From: the human T2T-CHM13v2.0 reference genome, Homo sapiens
Length of the DNA: 64,000 bases
Assembly (NCBI RefSeq): GCF_009914755.1
Contig: NC_060929.1
Direction: 5' to 3' (one strand)
In this document: positions 27,350-46,263 of the stretch, in pieces
Numbering within the stretch: the stretch's first letter is position 1
Layout of the letters: the number at the start of each line of letters is the position of its first letter
Program-made: the position numbers and the translations under genes
Notes under the pieces: model-generated
The model's input: the letters and a program-made list of their open reading frames with translations, nothing else
What the model was told of the DNA's origin: nothing
The model's database searches: none

Positions 27350-27856
27350 TGTGGGATATGATGAGGTTTCTCTTCAAATAACCCAATTAATCTTTTATTC
27401 TTTAATTCACAGTACCCCACTCCTTTTTCCCTTTTTCTCCTTTTTTTTCCTTTTAGCATTTGTTAGATGCCCAGACACAATACCACAATACCAGGCATTA
27501 TCAGTACCAGCTCACATTCCTTTCCTTATTTGGAAAGAGGACTTTCTAGCTTACTACAGACACCCCTTCCCCTTTCCTCTCTGCTTTCTTTTACGTGCCC
27601 ACCTTATCTAAAACAAATCAAATGTTTAGCCAACCGGGATTAGTTCAGATTATACGGCCTGACCCCGGCCAATGGGGAAAGGGTACAGGGGCAGGACTTG
27701 CTTCAGGAATAAAGGTTCTCATGCCCCTTTGTTCAGGTGTGCTCTCATGGCAACTGGCCAAGGAGGCACCCCTCTGCACAAAAGTAAAATTGCTTTGCTA
27801 AGAATCCATTGTTTGAGTGTTGAATTTCCTTAGAATTTTAAGCGTTATTCCTAACA
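27350..27856 (+). mobile_element. ERV1 solo LTR (LTR10B-like, HERV-I group) with 4-bp TSD
   Basis: TGtgggatatgatgaggtttctcttcaaat...cgttattcctaaCA; TSD AGAT at 27346-27349 and 27857-27860; CCAAT box near 27669. Confidence 0.82.
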
Positions 27857-28535
27857 AGATGGAACAGCCTTACTTCTTAGGGTGGTAAGCAGGTCTTTGG
27901 GGGTGTGCAGAATGCAACTAGGCGGAGGAGAGGGGAGAGCCAACTGAGTAAGCAGGATGAACAAAGGTGTGGAGAGAAGAATGAACGTCTGGCTTTTTGA
28001 GAATTCAGAATAGCCTGGATAATTCCAAACTGCCCAATTCTAAGTTATTTCTATTTGCCAAGTGACCAAGGGATATCAGCTCTCCTTTATAATGATGTTA
28101 CATTTTGCTTATTAAAATCATCTTATCTTTCTGAACCTACACAAGCTGGGATGATGAGAGGAATCCAGGAAGCCTGCAAAAGATCTGCAGATAGAGGCTG
28201 GGCAGGAATCCTAACTTTGCTACAAAGTTTCCATACAGTGGACCATTCTCATGTCCCTAACTGAGCAGTAACTCACTCATCATGGTTCCCAGAATAAAAA
28301 TATAAAAATTGAAGAATGCCAATCAGATAAGCTGAAAAAATGTCAAGGGGGAATGAGTGACATCTCTATATTCTTCTCAATAATAATATATTACATTCAG
28401 ATGTTGCTTTACAGCTCACAGAGCTAGTGCCTTTAACACAGTAGTTGCTTCTTCTAACAACTTAGGGGTAAGAGGGCGGATATCACTAGCCCCATTTCCC
28501 CAATAGGTCCATTACATTTTAAAAAGCTTAAGTTA

Positions 28536-28693
28536 AGCACAGGTGCAGTGGCTCACACCTTTAATTCCAGCACTTTGGGAGACCCAGGCGGGCGGATCAC
28601 CTGAGGTCAGGAGTTTGAGACCAGCATGGCCAAGATGATGAAACCCCGTCTCTACTAAAAATACAAAAATTAGCCAGGTGTGGTGGTGCATAC
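28536..28693 (+). mobile_element. AluS left monomer plus start of right monomer (3'-truncated)
   Basis: gtggctcacacct..aattccagcactttggga...ctctactaaaaatacaaaaattagccaggtgtggtggtgca, then an abrupt end. Confidence 0.92.
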
Positions 28694-28721
28694 TGCTAAC
28701 TCTCTTTTGGAAATAAACTCA

Positions 28722-30765
<2,044 letters not shown>

Positions 30766-33104
30766 ATGTCTAGGCTCACACAATAATAGCTTAAACAAAA
30801 CCTACACGTAAATCTCCAAATTCCTAGTGCAGAGCCAGTGGTGAACTACAACTCTGGCCCAGACAGCCCTTCTGAACTCCAGATCTGTGTTTCCTTCTTG
30901 AGTGGACTTAGCACCAAGAATAGCAACTTCTGAGGAATGGAGATGAGGGAGGGAAAGAGGAAGTGTCCATGACAAAAACAGCATATACAATATAATCCCA
31001 AGTCTGGGAAATTATAGATGTGTGCATAAATAAATGAAAACAAGATAAAGTTAATCAAATACAATTAGCCTATGAAAGGGCCTAGCAGGACTGTCATCTA
31101 CTAAGGGATTTTCTCCAGGTTCTACTCCCCAACATCTGAGCACCCTTAGAACTTTACATCTACTTGTGGTTTCCCTGGTGATGCAGAGCTACTGCTCTCT
31201 TCCAAAATTTGTTCTTTCCTCCTTCCTTACTAGCTGGGCTCTGACTGCCTGGCTACTCTTTTCGTTAAGTATGACCCAGTGAATTCCATCTGCACTCATC
31301 ATAGACTGCCAAGCCAGTATTCACTTCTTTCTCTTGAGCTTTCCTTGAAGCTCAAAGGGGAGTGCCGTTGACAACCACCCCACCCACCCCAGCATAGTTC
31401 CTGGGAGCAGATCTGATTCAATACGAAGTTACTCAAATCCTAACATCTAGAATTACTGAGAAGTTCTCTTCATATCTTAAATGGTCAAAATATAAAATAC
31501 AATTAAACAAAACAAGCAAGCTCATCCAGGCCATGGCAAAGGTATCTTGAGATTGCCATATAAAGTGAGAAGAAACCCCACAGCCTTGCCCTTCTAAATA
31601 ACCACTCTCAGAGTTGGCAATCCAGGTAGGGTGGACCCTCGTCTCCCAAGTGTTTTGCAAACTGGAGGCTTAACTTGTGGGATTCAGCTTGAAGATACAA
31701 AGCCCATATAACCTTCAGCACAAGATCTTTCCCATTGCCTGCCTTAAGCTGTTTGAAATGAAGATGGAAAATCCCCCATGGCCACAAATCCTAAAACATC
31801 CTCATCATTTTCCTTTTTCAAGTTTCCTCTTAATGAGAACTTAAAGGAGAGTGACAACTTCTGACAGTAATCCTTAAGGGACTCTGGTGGTGCATGCACT
31901 GGATCAAGTGGATTTTCTATTTCGCAGATGGCTAAAAACTAAAGTCTCCAACCCATCCCACCGAAGGAGAGTGTTACTAACACAGCACTAAATGACTGTA
32001 TTCACAGAACCTTAACGAGTGCAAAGCTCAATTTAATACATAACTAGAAAGTCATTCCTCTTCCTAGACACTTTTACAAAAGAGAGGAAATTGACTAAAT
32101 GATAAGGTAATTGATGTTAATAATTTATATAAAGCAACTTCCAGCATTGGTTCTAGAATCAGCCTAGCATCTCTACCAGGGTATTATTTCTTCTGCTGCA
32201 GCATTACCTGGTATTGTTGATGTTCATGAGTCTTTAAAGACTTACACATGTCTTCCCAATCATCAAAGGAATAATTGTGCCCATCTGAGTTCTCTTACTG
32301 AATACTTTCCATCATCTCCTGTGTTTTTAAACAATGGGAATGCATAGTGGTGTAGACAGGAGTGTAAGTCAAACAGAAGGTGTAACTTCCCTGATCCTTC
32401 ATTAGCTAATATTTTTAGATAAACAAGAGTCTACTGTACAATGAGCTTCAAATGAACTGGCTCACCCAGTACAAAAGTGCCCCATGAGTGGCAAATGGCA
32501 CTATATCTATTTTATCACCTCAGTCACCACAAACTCTACTTAGATGAGAGTTGGCTTCTTTACGAATCAACTGTGCATTTTTTTTCATTGACAAAACCTG
32601 ACCTTTTATTAAACATTCCTTTAGAAGGCAGGTCCAGGACAGTTCATACAACTGTGAGCTTGATGGATTCTACCTCTTGACTAGAAATTTCTCTTGAGGC
32701 AGAAGTAACGCTATTTCAGATGTAGGACCCTCATGCCTTGGCATTAGGCAGCCAGAAAGCCTCCTAACGAGTGGCTGGAAACAAGACTGTCTGTAGATGG
32801 TACCTCAGTGCCATTCTACAGGCACAACCATGGGTCTCACTGGATTCCTACAACCTGTTCATCCACAGGTGGGGAGCACCTTGATGATACCCCACTCCTC
32901 AAACTTGAATACCTTGAATCGTACCATTGAGATTCTATTTTGATATGCATCACGTGACTAGCAAGTCTCTCATTTCACCAATAAAACCATTTCTGACATT
33001 CTCTGTGCTAATTTTCAAAGCCTCTGGTGATGATTAAGATCTGAAGAGTTATAGTCTTTCTAATACAATACCAGCTGACTACCCCTGGAGGGTGAATTTT
33101 CTTT

Positions 33105-34915
33105 TCTTTATAACTGTTTTGTTCAAATAGGCTTGACACATGAAAAGCTGTACATATTTAATGTGTACAACTTAATGTGTTTAAAGATAAGTGTATACCC
33201 ATGATACCATCAAACCATCATCACTATAAATGTCATAAACTCATCCATAACATCAAAAAGTTTCATTCCGCCCCCATTTGTGGTAAAAGCACATAATATA
33301 AGATCTGCTCTTTTAGAAAATGTTTAAGTATATAATAGAGTATTGTTAATCATAGGCCCTATATTGTACAGATCTCCAGATCTTATTTATTTTGCATAAT
33401 TGAAACTTTGCACTCTTTGACTAACACCTCCCCATTTCTTCCTCCCCCCAATCCTCTGGTAACCACCATACTACTCTCTGCTTCTACAAATTATTTTAGA
33501 TTCCACACACAAACAAGATCATATGGCATTTATCTTTCTGTGTCTGGCTTATTTTACTTGACCTAATGTCCTTCAGGGCCAACCATATGGTCACAAATGG
33601 CAGTGCTATCCTTTCCTCAGTTTTAAGGGTGAATGGTAAATTAAATAAAATTTACAGGAGGTATTGGTTTGGGCTGAGCTTCTGCACTAGGCCCAAGAAA
33701 CCAACCAAAATGGAGTCACTTATGCTAAATTCCATGCCATTGAGACAAAACTAAGTTGTTACCTGATCTTCCATGAAATCAGGAAAGAGAGCAATAAAAG
33801 CCTAATCCCCAGACAGGCCAGTTTTAGCTAGTACAATAAGAAGCCTCTTCTGCTTTAACCTTTACAAGGAAATTAACTTTCTAATGACGAATAAGCTTTT
33901 TGTTCCTTGTTTTTTGCATTCTTCAGCCCTTTTCTGCTTATAAAGCCAAACTTCTTTACGCAGCTTATGGGAACACTCATTCTATTCTACAGAATGAGTT
34001 GTTGTTTGATCCTAAAATCACAAATAAAAACCAACTAATATCTTTAAACCAAATTTGTTGTAATTTTGTCTTTTGACAACAGTATTTCATTGTATGTATA
34101 TACCACATTTTCTTTATCCATTCATCTATTGATGGAAATTCAGATCGCTTCCGTATCTTGGCTATTGTGAATAATGCTGCAATGAACATGGGAAAGCAGA
34201 TATCTCTTGAAGATCCAGGTTTCAATTCCTTTGAATGTACACCCAGAAGCGGGATTGCTGGATTAAATGGTAATTCTATTTTTATTTTTTAAGGAATATT
34301 CATATTGATTTACATAGTGTCTGCACCAATTTACATTTCCACCAAGAGTGTAAAATGATCTCCTTTTATCCACATCTTCACTAACATTCATTTTCCTTTG
34401 TGTTTTTGATAATACCCCACCTAATAGGTGTAAAATAATGTCTTATTGTGGTTTTGCTTTGCATCTCCCTTATGATTAGTAATGTTGATCCCGTTTTCAT
34501 ATACCTGATGGCCATTTATATGCCTTCTTTGAAGAAATTCCTATTTAGGTCCTCTGCCTATTTTTTAAATGGCTTCTATGTGCTATTGAGTTGTAGGGAT
34601 ACATTTTGGATTTTAACCACTTATCAGATATGTGGTCTGCAAATATTTTCTCTCATTCCATCAAATGTCTTCCATTTTGTTAATTGTGTCTTTTGCTGTG
34701 CAAAAGATTTTTAGTTTGATATAGTCCCACTTGTCTATTTTTTGTTTCGTTACCTATACTTTTGGTTTTATACGCAAGAAATCATTTCCCAGTCCAATGT
34801 TTAGAAATGTTTTTTTCCTACATTTTATTCTAAGAGTTTTATTGTTTCAATCTTGAGGGTTTTTTTGTATATAGTGTGAGGTAAGGGTTCAATTTTATGC
34901 TTTTGCATGTGGTTA
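33105..34915 (-). mobile_element. L1MA-like 3' portion interrupted by an LTR
   Basis: Antisense L1 3'UTR/ORF2 (ccacattttctttatccattcatc; ggctattgtgaataatgctgcaatgaacatggga); ORF 33977-34225 gives MFIAALFTIAKI..WIKKMWYIHTM. Confidence 0.88.
33634..34078 (+). mobile_element. ERV1 (MER4-group-like) solo LTR inserted in the L1
   Basis: aaccaaaatggagtcact; aataaaa near the end; terminates ttgtcttttgaCA; the L1 phrase gg.tgaa|.agtatttcattg is split around it. Confidence 0.72.
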
Positions 34916-34919
34916 TTGC

Positions 34920-35146
34920 TTTTTATTCCTTCCCTGTCTACCAGCCTTCCTCCGAGACCCCAAAGTCCATTGTATGATTCATATGCTTTTGCATCCTCTT
35001 AGCTTAACTCCCACTTGTAAGTAGAACATATCGTATTTGGTTTTCCATTTCTGAGTTACTTCACTTAGAATAATGGTCTCCAACTCCTTCTAGGTTGCTG
35101 CAAATGCCATTATTTTTTTCCTTTTTATGGCCAAGTAGTATTCCAT

Positions 35147-35191
<45 letters not shown>

Positions 35192-35360
35192 ATACATTCT
35201 TTGATTGATGGGCACTTGGGCTGGTTCCATACCTTTGCCTTTGCCCAATTTTTAAATGGATTGTTTTTTGCTGTTGAGTTGTTTGAGTTCTTTGTATATT
35301 CTGGATGTTAGTGCTTCATCAGATGAATAGTTTTCCCATATTATCTCCCATCCAACAAGT
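34920..35360 (-). mobile_element. L1PB-like 3'UTR fragment containing (TG)n at ~35148-35190
   Basis: ccccaaagtccattgt..; gagttacttcacttagaataatggtctcca; gtagtattccatggtg. Confidence 0.8.
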
Positions 35361-35364
35361 TGTG

Positions 35365-36020
<656 letters not shown>

Positions 36021-36099
36021 AATAGAGTCTTTTTGCATGCTGTTTGTTTGGCTTGGAATACTGTTCCCTTCCCCCTTCATCTCATGAACTCTCATGAGA

Positions 36100-36592
36100 T
36101 GCTTGGCCCAGAGCTGAGTTCAAGTCCTGAATATCCTTGTTAATTTTCTGTCTTGTTGATCTAATATTGACAGTGGGGTGTTAAAGTCCCCCACTATTAT
36201 TGTGTGGGAGTCTAAGTCTCTTTGTTGGTCTCTAAGAACTTATTTTATGACTCTGAGTGTTCCTGTATAGGGTGCATATATATTTAGGATGGTTAGCTCT
36301 TCTTGTTGCATTGATCCCTTTACCATAACATAATGCCCTTCTTCGTCTTTTTTGATCTTTGTTGGTTTAAAGTCTGTATAATCAGAGACTAGGATTGCAA
36401 CCCCTCTTTATTTTGGGCCTATGTGTGTCTTTGCACATGAGATGGGCCTCCTGAATACAGCACACCGATGGGTCTTGACTCTTTATCCAATTTGCCAGTC
36501 TTTCTCTTTTAATTGGGGCATTTAGCCCATTTACATTTAAGGTTAATATTGTTATGTGTGAATTTGATCGTGTCATTATGATGCTAGCTGGT
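36100..36592 (-). mobile_element. Inverted L1PA segment (ORF2 endonuclease N-terminus)
   Basis: ORF 36382-36576 [24 protein letters not shown]...QDPSVCCIQE is the L1 ORF2p start. Confidence 0.93.
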
Positions 36593-38888
<2,296 letters not shown>

Positions 38889-38911
38889 GAATACTATGCT
38901 TCACCATATTA

Positions 38912-39762
38912 AGAAGAAATTGGGCAAAGAACATGAAGACACTTCTCAAAAGAAGACATTTATGCAGCCAACAAACATGAAAAAAAGCTCAACATCACTG
39001 ATCATTAGAGAAATGCAAATCGAAACCACAATGAGATACCATCTCAGGCCAGTCATAATGGTAATTATTACAAGATCAAGAAACAACAGATGCTGGTGAG
39101 GCTGTGGAGAAATAGGAACCCTTTTACACTGTTGGTGGGAATGTAACTTAGTTCAACCATTATGGAAGACAGTGTGGTGATTCCTCAAAGACCTAGAACC
39201 AGAAATACCATTTGACCGAGCAATCTCATTACTGGGTATACACCCAAAGGAATATAAATCATTCTATTATAAAGATACATGCACACATATGTTCATTGCA
39301 GCACTATATTCACAATAGCAAAGATATGAAATCAACCCAAATGCCCATCAATGATAGACTGGATAAAGAAAACGTGGTACATATACACCATGGAATACTA
39401 TGCAGCCATAAAAAGGAATGAAATAATGTCCTTTGCAGGGACATGGATGGAACTGGAAGCCATTATCCTCAGCAAACCAAAGGAGGAACAGAAAACCAAA
39501 CACTGCATGTTCTCACTTATAAGTGGGAGCTGAACACTGGGAACACATGGACCCAGGGAGGGGAACAACACACATGGGGGATTGTTGTGGGGGGATGTGG
39601 GGGTTGAGAAAACATCAAGATAAGTAGCTAATGCATGCTGGGCTTAATACCTAGGTGATGGGTTGAAAGCTGCAGCAAACCACCATGGCACACTTTTACC
39701 TATGTAATAAACCTGCACATGTATTCCAGAAATTAAAATAAAATAATAAAATAGAAAAAAAC
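38912..39762 (+). mobile_element. Second, older L1PA 3' end in tandem
   Basis: [15 protein letters not shown]; MEYYAAIKRNEIMSFAGTWMELE; distinct 3'UTR gctaatgcatgctgggcttaatacctaggtgatgggttg; A-rich tail. Confidence 0.93.
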
Positions 39763-40371
39763 AAGTCAAAATCCAATCTACCATGAAAATAACATATAAA
39801 AATAAAATATTGTCTGAAAAAATGTAGTAGAGTAAGCAATCCACGCAAACCAAGTGTACGAGATTCTAATTCCAGCTATTTGTTAATGGTTACAATCACT
39901 TAAACTCTTCGAAGCCAATTCCTTATCTTCAAAATAGGTTTAAAATTGTGTGTCTTAGTCCCTTCCCAGGACTGTTACGGTGACCCAAAGATATGCTAGG
40001 TATGACCATTCCATAAAAAGTGTTGTGTTATATGGGAGGAATCAGTAACTTATATTATTTCAGAACTATTTTTAGAGTTTTAAATTTGGAAAATAAAAAT
40101 TCCTGAAGGCTCCAGCAACGTGTTAGTGTTTTCCAAGGCACTAATCAGATAAAATTTCTGCTTCTTCACTCAGGTCTATCCTCCAACCATTGCCATATAA
40201 GACAGCCTAAGAATCTGCATGTAAAAATGATCCTGAATGCAGTTTCCACCACTGGAGCATGGTGTCAAGGAGGCCAAGGTTGTAGGCTGGAACTAATCGT
40301 AACACATTTTAGAGGTTCACCACGTCTCCATTTTCTGATCTCAAATTGTCAAGTCTTCTTGCCACTCTCTC

Positions 40372-40875
40372 CCTTTGAAACAAATATTTATTATGCATCT
40401 GCTATGACCAAGTCATTGTACTAGAAATTGAGAAGATATCAGTGAGCAATAATGACATGGCTCCTGGCCTCATGGAGCTTGGAATTTGATGGTGAAGACC
40501 TACGACAAACAAGTAAGACAATCACACTTCTCAAAAGTTAGAGGTTGTCCTATGCACTGTGGAAGACACGAACAGACTGCTTAAACAACAGTGTAGGGAA
40601 GAATGCATTTTAGATAGCATGATCTTGAAGCATCACTTTGAGGGTGTGCCATTTAAGTTGAGACCTCAGTGACGAAAAGCCTATGTGCAGACACACAGAA
40701 ATAATATTTCAAACATAGAAAAGAGCAAGCATAGAACTTCTATAGCAGGAAAAATCTTAATGAGTACTAAAAATTTTCAGAAAGAGGATTGGTTGAGACA
40801 TAGTGAATGTGGGGCAAGTGGTCTAAGAGACTCCCCTGCACAGATAGGCAGGGCCAAATGATATACCATCTTGAG
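40372..40875 (-). mobile_element. L2 fragment
   Basis: aacaaatatttattatgcatctgctatg; cctggcctcatggagctt; catttaagttgagacct. Confidence 0.7.
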
Positions 40876-41849
40876 GGATGGCAAAAATAAGAATGGAAAT
40901 TATGTGGTCATTTCTTCTTCTTCTCTCTTGCAGTGAAGATTCCAATAACAACTTTCAGCACCACCATTTTCAAATACCATGTCCTACCCCTGGACCAGCT
41001 TTATCACCAGCTCGGGACCTCAACAATGCCTTTTACACAGAACTCACAACCCAGAGAGTGACTGACTAACCCCACTCAACTTACTCCCAGAACCCTGAAT
41101 CTCCTCTCCTCTTCCAGCCACATCCCCACCTCCCCATCCAAATTAACATGGTGCTTTCCAAGGCTCTGTTACTGATTTCTCTCAGGGGTGTCCACCCTCG
41201 GTGACCCAGCCCAGTTGCTAGATATCATACAATTTTTACAGCTGACTGGCTGTTTTTACTTCCTTTTCAATTATTATTTTGAAACACATAAGAAATATTT
41301 TGGAACCATAAGTGGCTCAGGAAATTCTAAATTAAAGGCCTTGTAGGGCTGCAGCTGGCCCTGTCAGGTCTCACACCCCAGGGGACACACAGCACAAACA
41401 GATTTTGGTGTCCTTCCAAACTCACTGCATGATGCTCCAGGCACCACTCCCTACTGTTACTCTCTTAAACGACAGAACTGTGTAAACAAACACACAAGCA
41501 ACATCCTCCCAAAGAAGAAATATGTACAATCAATGTTAATAAAGGAGTATGATCATTGCTTCCCTCATCGCTCTTCCAATATTCTCTCTGAAAATGTCTA
41601 GAGTTAGAATTGTCAAATTTATTGTCTTTCAAACTCAAAGATACAATTACTACTTAAACACAGGGAATATAATGGATCCTGGAGAGAAGGAGTGACCCTA
41701 AGGATATGTGCAGAAAGCAGATCACTGATCACTTAATATTAGTTGTACTTGGAATCTTCAAATATCTGCTCAGCCTCTTACACTTGAGCTTGTAATTTTA
41801 AGAATAGTATTTCCATATTTTCTGAGGATGCAGTAGGTTACCAGTGAAG

Positions 41850-42092
41850 GCAGGATAGAATGATGTTTGGGCACAGTTCCAAAGCCAAATTAGTACCATC
41901 TCTTAGTAACTCCTAAGTGACTTTGTATAACTTACTTGGCTTTGTTCTACCTCAGTTTACTCATCTGTAAAATGGAGACATATTGGAATGTAACGAAATT
42001 CTGATGAGGATTAAATGACTTGATGCATAAACCACATGTAACAGTAGCAGGCACACTGTAAATACTTACTAAATGTTAAATATTACTATTAA
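41850..42092 (+). mobile_element. MIR
   Basis: cctcagtttactcatctgtaaaatggaga...tgaggattaaatga. Confidence 0.8.
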
Positions 42093-44084
42093 TAATTGAT
42101 CTAACAAATAAAAACTGGCTGGAAAACATAAAAAACCTCACTGTCAATTAACAGCCAAGGCAGCATCAGGACTTCGAATGATGGCAGAAGGTCTCAACAT
42201 ATCCCCCAAAAGCACATACTACCCTCAAGAAGTAAAATGCTTTCAATGCTCTTTCGAGGTGGGTTTCAAATATAGACAAGTAATGAAACTTGGGCAGGGA
42301 GAAGAACTGCATAGATAGGAAGAGCAGCAAGTTGTGAAAAGGAAGTTATAAAACCCTCATCTTTGCAGCAGATTTATCTCTTGCAGGGGTGGATACGTTG
42401 GCAACACTAAGCCACAGAGATTCAGTTGAAGGTACTGAGTGAAGTAGTTACTATAGGTTTTAGGAATGACAGAGGTGGAGAAAAGAGTTGGTGAGGTTTG
42501 ACAAGGTAAAAGATAGAGACAAGGCTAAGTGCAAAATCACTGACATAGGTGAGAAGCTGTGATGATCTACATAACAAACTGGCAAAGATGAACTAGTTTG
42601 GCCTCTTCACCCAAACCTCACAACTCTTCAGCCTCTTGAGTACTTCTTGTACAAAGAGGTGAAGCTGGTTGAGATGGGTTAGTACAATGCTGTCCTCCTG
42701 AACACTGGGACTTTGGTTTCCTTGATTCAATATCTGGCTTTGGGGCTGCAAAGTTGCCTGTAAAAAAATCAATGGGGTCATGGCCTAGATCCAATAGCAA
42801 TCATCTAGTGGCAGAATATGGGATTTGGCTAGACTCTGTATAGCTTGGCCACATTTTAAAATAAATTTAGGACTTGTTAGGGATTTGCATCTTGATTTTA
42901 AACACATACTGGACAAACTCCACACTGGAGCTGTAACTGTGGAAGGCCAGGAATCTGAGGCCTTAAGCCTCTGAATGGATGTTTCTGAAAAGAAGAAGAC
43001 GTTTCCCAATCAGTTCTTAGAGTTTGGTTCATAATGTGAAATGCAACAAAGGGAACAATCAGTATTATTAAAAGGGCCAGTCAGGGAGCTATACTTACAC
43101 TCCTCAGCACACATTGTTTTATCAAGATTTTTTGTATGTAGATATGCCCAGTCAGCAATAGCAGGAGTGCTGTTAGCTCACTGCTGTGGAAATCAAGTTC
43201 TAGGGAGCAAAAACAGAACCAAGTAAACAGAAACCACCAACATACAAAGTAACTTCCTCATTAGTTCTCAGAAGTTTTAACAACAGCTTTTAAAAATACA
43301 TATTTAAAAGCTAGAACAACCTTTTATTGCTGGTTTTAAAGCATTTTTAATCCTCAAAACCACAAGATATCACAAACAGAAATTTGGAAATGGACCCAGT
43401 ATGGGCATTTGATTTATATACAGCCTGCTTTATTTCACAAAACAACTAATGTGGGTTCCAAATAAAGACAGGATGGCCAGATGACTTAAATCAGGAGATG
43501 ACAAGAAAAAAAAATTGATGAGGAGAAGATAAAATAAACTGAAACTAATGAAACTAATGAGAAAAATGGGTCACCATATTCTGTCGATTCACTTGTTTGG
43601 TTAGTCCACAAAGTTGGCTCTAGTTCTTGCCACTACTGAGTAAAAGGCAAATGTGATTAATTTTCAAGTCAGACTGATTATATGACAAGAATCTACTGTC
43701 AATAGAAATAAATCTATGTGGGGGACATTAAAAAACCCAGTAAGAACTAGTTATTCTGGTCATTATCATTCAGAGTAAGAGTCTTAAAGATCTCGTTTCT
43801 GACACCAACCTTCTTTTACAGATAAGAGCATGGTAGTCTTGGTTGGACCCCTGTCCTCCAGGAAGAACCTGAAATCTTCATGTGGGCTTGTGATACCACT
43901 TGTATTTATTTGAAAGTCTGGACAATTCAACAATTAGAGTCTTTCAGGAGTTGGTGTTTCTTTTAGAGAGTTTTACAAATTGGGGAACCATAAATAGGAG
44001 ATAAAGTAATAGCCTACAGCTGCCTATATGTTACAGCTGAAGAAGGGGGAAAGCCCCTTTAAATTAATTTAGGATGAGTCGATG

Positions 44085-44965
44085 GGATATCATCTCACCC
44101 CAGTTAGGAAGGCTATTGTCAAAAACACACACACACACAAAATGCTGGCAAGGATGCTGAAGAAAAGGAACTCTCAAACACTGTTGTTGGCAATGTAAAT
44201 CAAAATGTAATGCAAATGCAATGTAAATGCAAAGCCACTATGGAAAACAGTATAAGCGTTTCTCAAAAAACTAAAAATAGAACTACCGTATGATCCAGCA
44301 ACCCCACTACTATCTTTTTATCCAAAGGAAAGGAAATCAGTATGTCAAAGGGATGCCTGCACCCCATGTCTATTTCAGCACTATTCATAAGAGCCAAGAT
44401 ATGGAATCAACCTAAACGTCCATCAACAGATGAACAGATAAAGAAAATGTGGGATATATACATGATGGAGTACTATTCAGCCATAAAAAAGAATGAAATA
44501 CTGTCATTTGCAGCACATGGATGGAAATGGAGGTCATTATGTTAAGTGAAATAATCCAGCACAGAAAGACAAAATTACATGTTCTCACTCATGTGGAAGC
44601 TAAAAAAGTTGATCTCATAGAAGTAAAGAGTAGAATGATAGTTATCAGAAGTTGAAAGGGGCAGAGGGAAGGCAGAGTATGAAGAGAAGTTGGTTAATGG
44701 GTACAGACATACAGTTACATAGAAGGATTAAGTTCTAGGGTTCGATAGCATAGTTTGGTGACTACAGTTAAAAATAATTTATTGTATACTTCAAAACAAC
44801 CAAATGAAAAGTTTTGAAACGTTCCCAAAATAAAGAAATGATAAATCTTTTAGGTATTTGATATCCTGAATACCCTGATTTGATCATTGTACATTGTATG
44901 CATATATCAAAATATCACATGTACCTCATAAATATGTACAATTATTATGTAACAATAAATAAATT
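44085..44965 (+). mobile_element. L1MA-like 3' end
   Basis: aactaaaaatagaactaccgtatgatccagca; tactattcagccataaaaaagaatgaaat; taccctgatttgatcatt; aatatgtacaattattatgt. Confidence 0.92.
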
Positions 44966-45902
44966 TAGAATGAGTGATGATCCATTTTCAGGGCCTGTTG
45001 ACTTGAAGAAGCTCTCTCTTTTTTTTAATTCCAGGCAGGAATGTCATAATTGAGTTAAATTTCATTTCATTCAATAGGATAAACCCACAATTATGGAACA
45101 AGGGTTGAGCTTCATATGTGGAACTAATGTTTACAAAACCATACTGGGAAATCAGTATGTCTCTATTCTGTGACAGTAAAGAGGAAGTTTGAAGGCATCC
45201 TAACAGTCTTCAGACTTTAGCAAGTTTGGGGGGACACTAAGGAGAGAATTCATATGCAGTTGTGGGCATTGTTGGTGAACTCTGGATGGAAATAAGTTTT
45301 TTCTTAATTTTGTTTCTCTAGCATTAGAAAAAATAAGCATATATGAGTGATTAAAACAAAGAAGTAAAAATAAAAACTTTGGCTAGGGGAATCTCTGGAA
45401 TGATAAAGGTTATTGAGATGCAATCCTAGATTCTTTACAAACTCTTCAGACCGAGCTAATTCTTCGGCTTTTGTAGTTGCTCAGCTTCTCGTGGCTGTAG
45501 ATTTACTGCACTCTACAACAGGAGGGTAGTATGTGTTCTGTATGCTTCTCCTCTGTAAATGAATCCCACAAAGAACGCAAAACACAATGAAACCAGCCTT
45601 TTTTGTGATAAAGAAGAATCCTAGGAGACTTTATAATCACACAAGGAACTATTTTTAAAAATTAACCAAAACATGGGAGTAGGGCAAAAAGATGACTGTG
45701 TAACCTTTGTTGTCAGGCCAGGGAGTTGTCTAGCCAACCCCACCCAAGTTTCTTCTAACTCTCTCTAGGCTGGGGACTATAACTTTGTTTGACTCACAAT
45801 TTACTGTTAATAAGGGCCCAGGCATTTTACAGCTCTGTAAAGATAGATGTTAACTTTTAGAAACATTATATACTACAAATAATTTTTGTCCAGTAGATAA
45901 GA

Positions 45903-46263
45903 TGCTATGATCTGAATTTTTGTGTCCTCACAAAACTCATTTGTTGAAACTGAATCCCCAGTGCAGAGGTGTTGAAAGGTGACTAGGTCAGGAATGTGGG
46001 GCCCTCGTAAATGGGATTAGTGCCCTTATAAAAGAGGCCTGAGAGAGCTTGTTTGTGCCTTCTACCATGTGGAGACACAGAGAAATGGTACCATCTTTTA
46101 AATGGTACCATCTTTTAAGTCTGCCCTCACCAGACATTGAATCTACCTTCACCATTATCTTGGACTTCTTGGTTTCCTGAACTGTTAGAAATAAATTTCT
46201 GTTATTTATAAATTAACCAGTCTAAGACTGTTTTCTTATGGCAACCCAAATGGACTAAAGACA
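45903..46263 (+). mobile_element. MaLR solo LTR (MSTD/MLT1A-like)
   Basis: TGctatgatctgaat...ggactaaagaCA; aatgggattagtgcccttataaaagaggcc; small internal duplication aaatggtaccatctttt x2. Confidence 0.87.
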
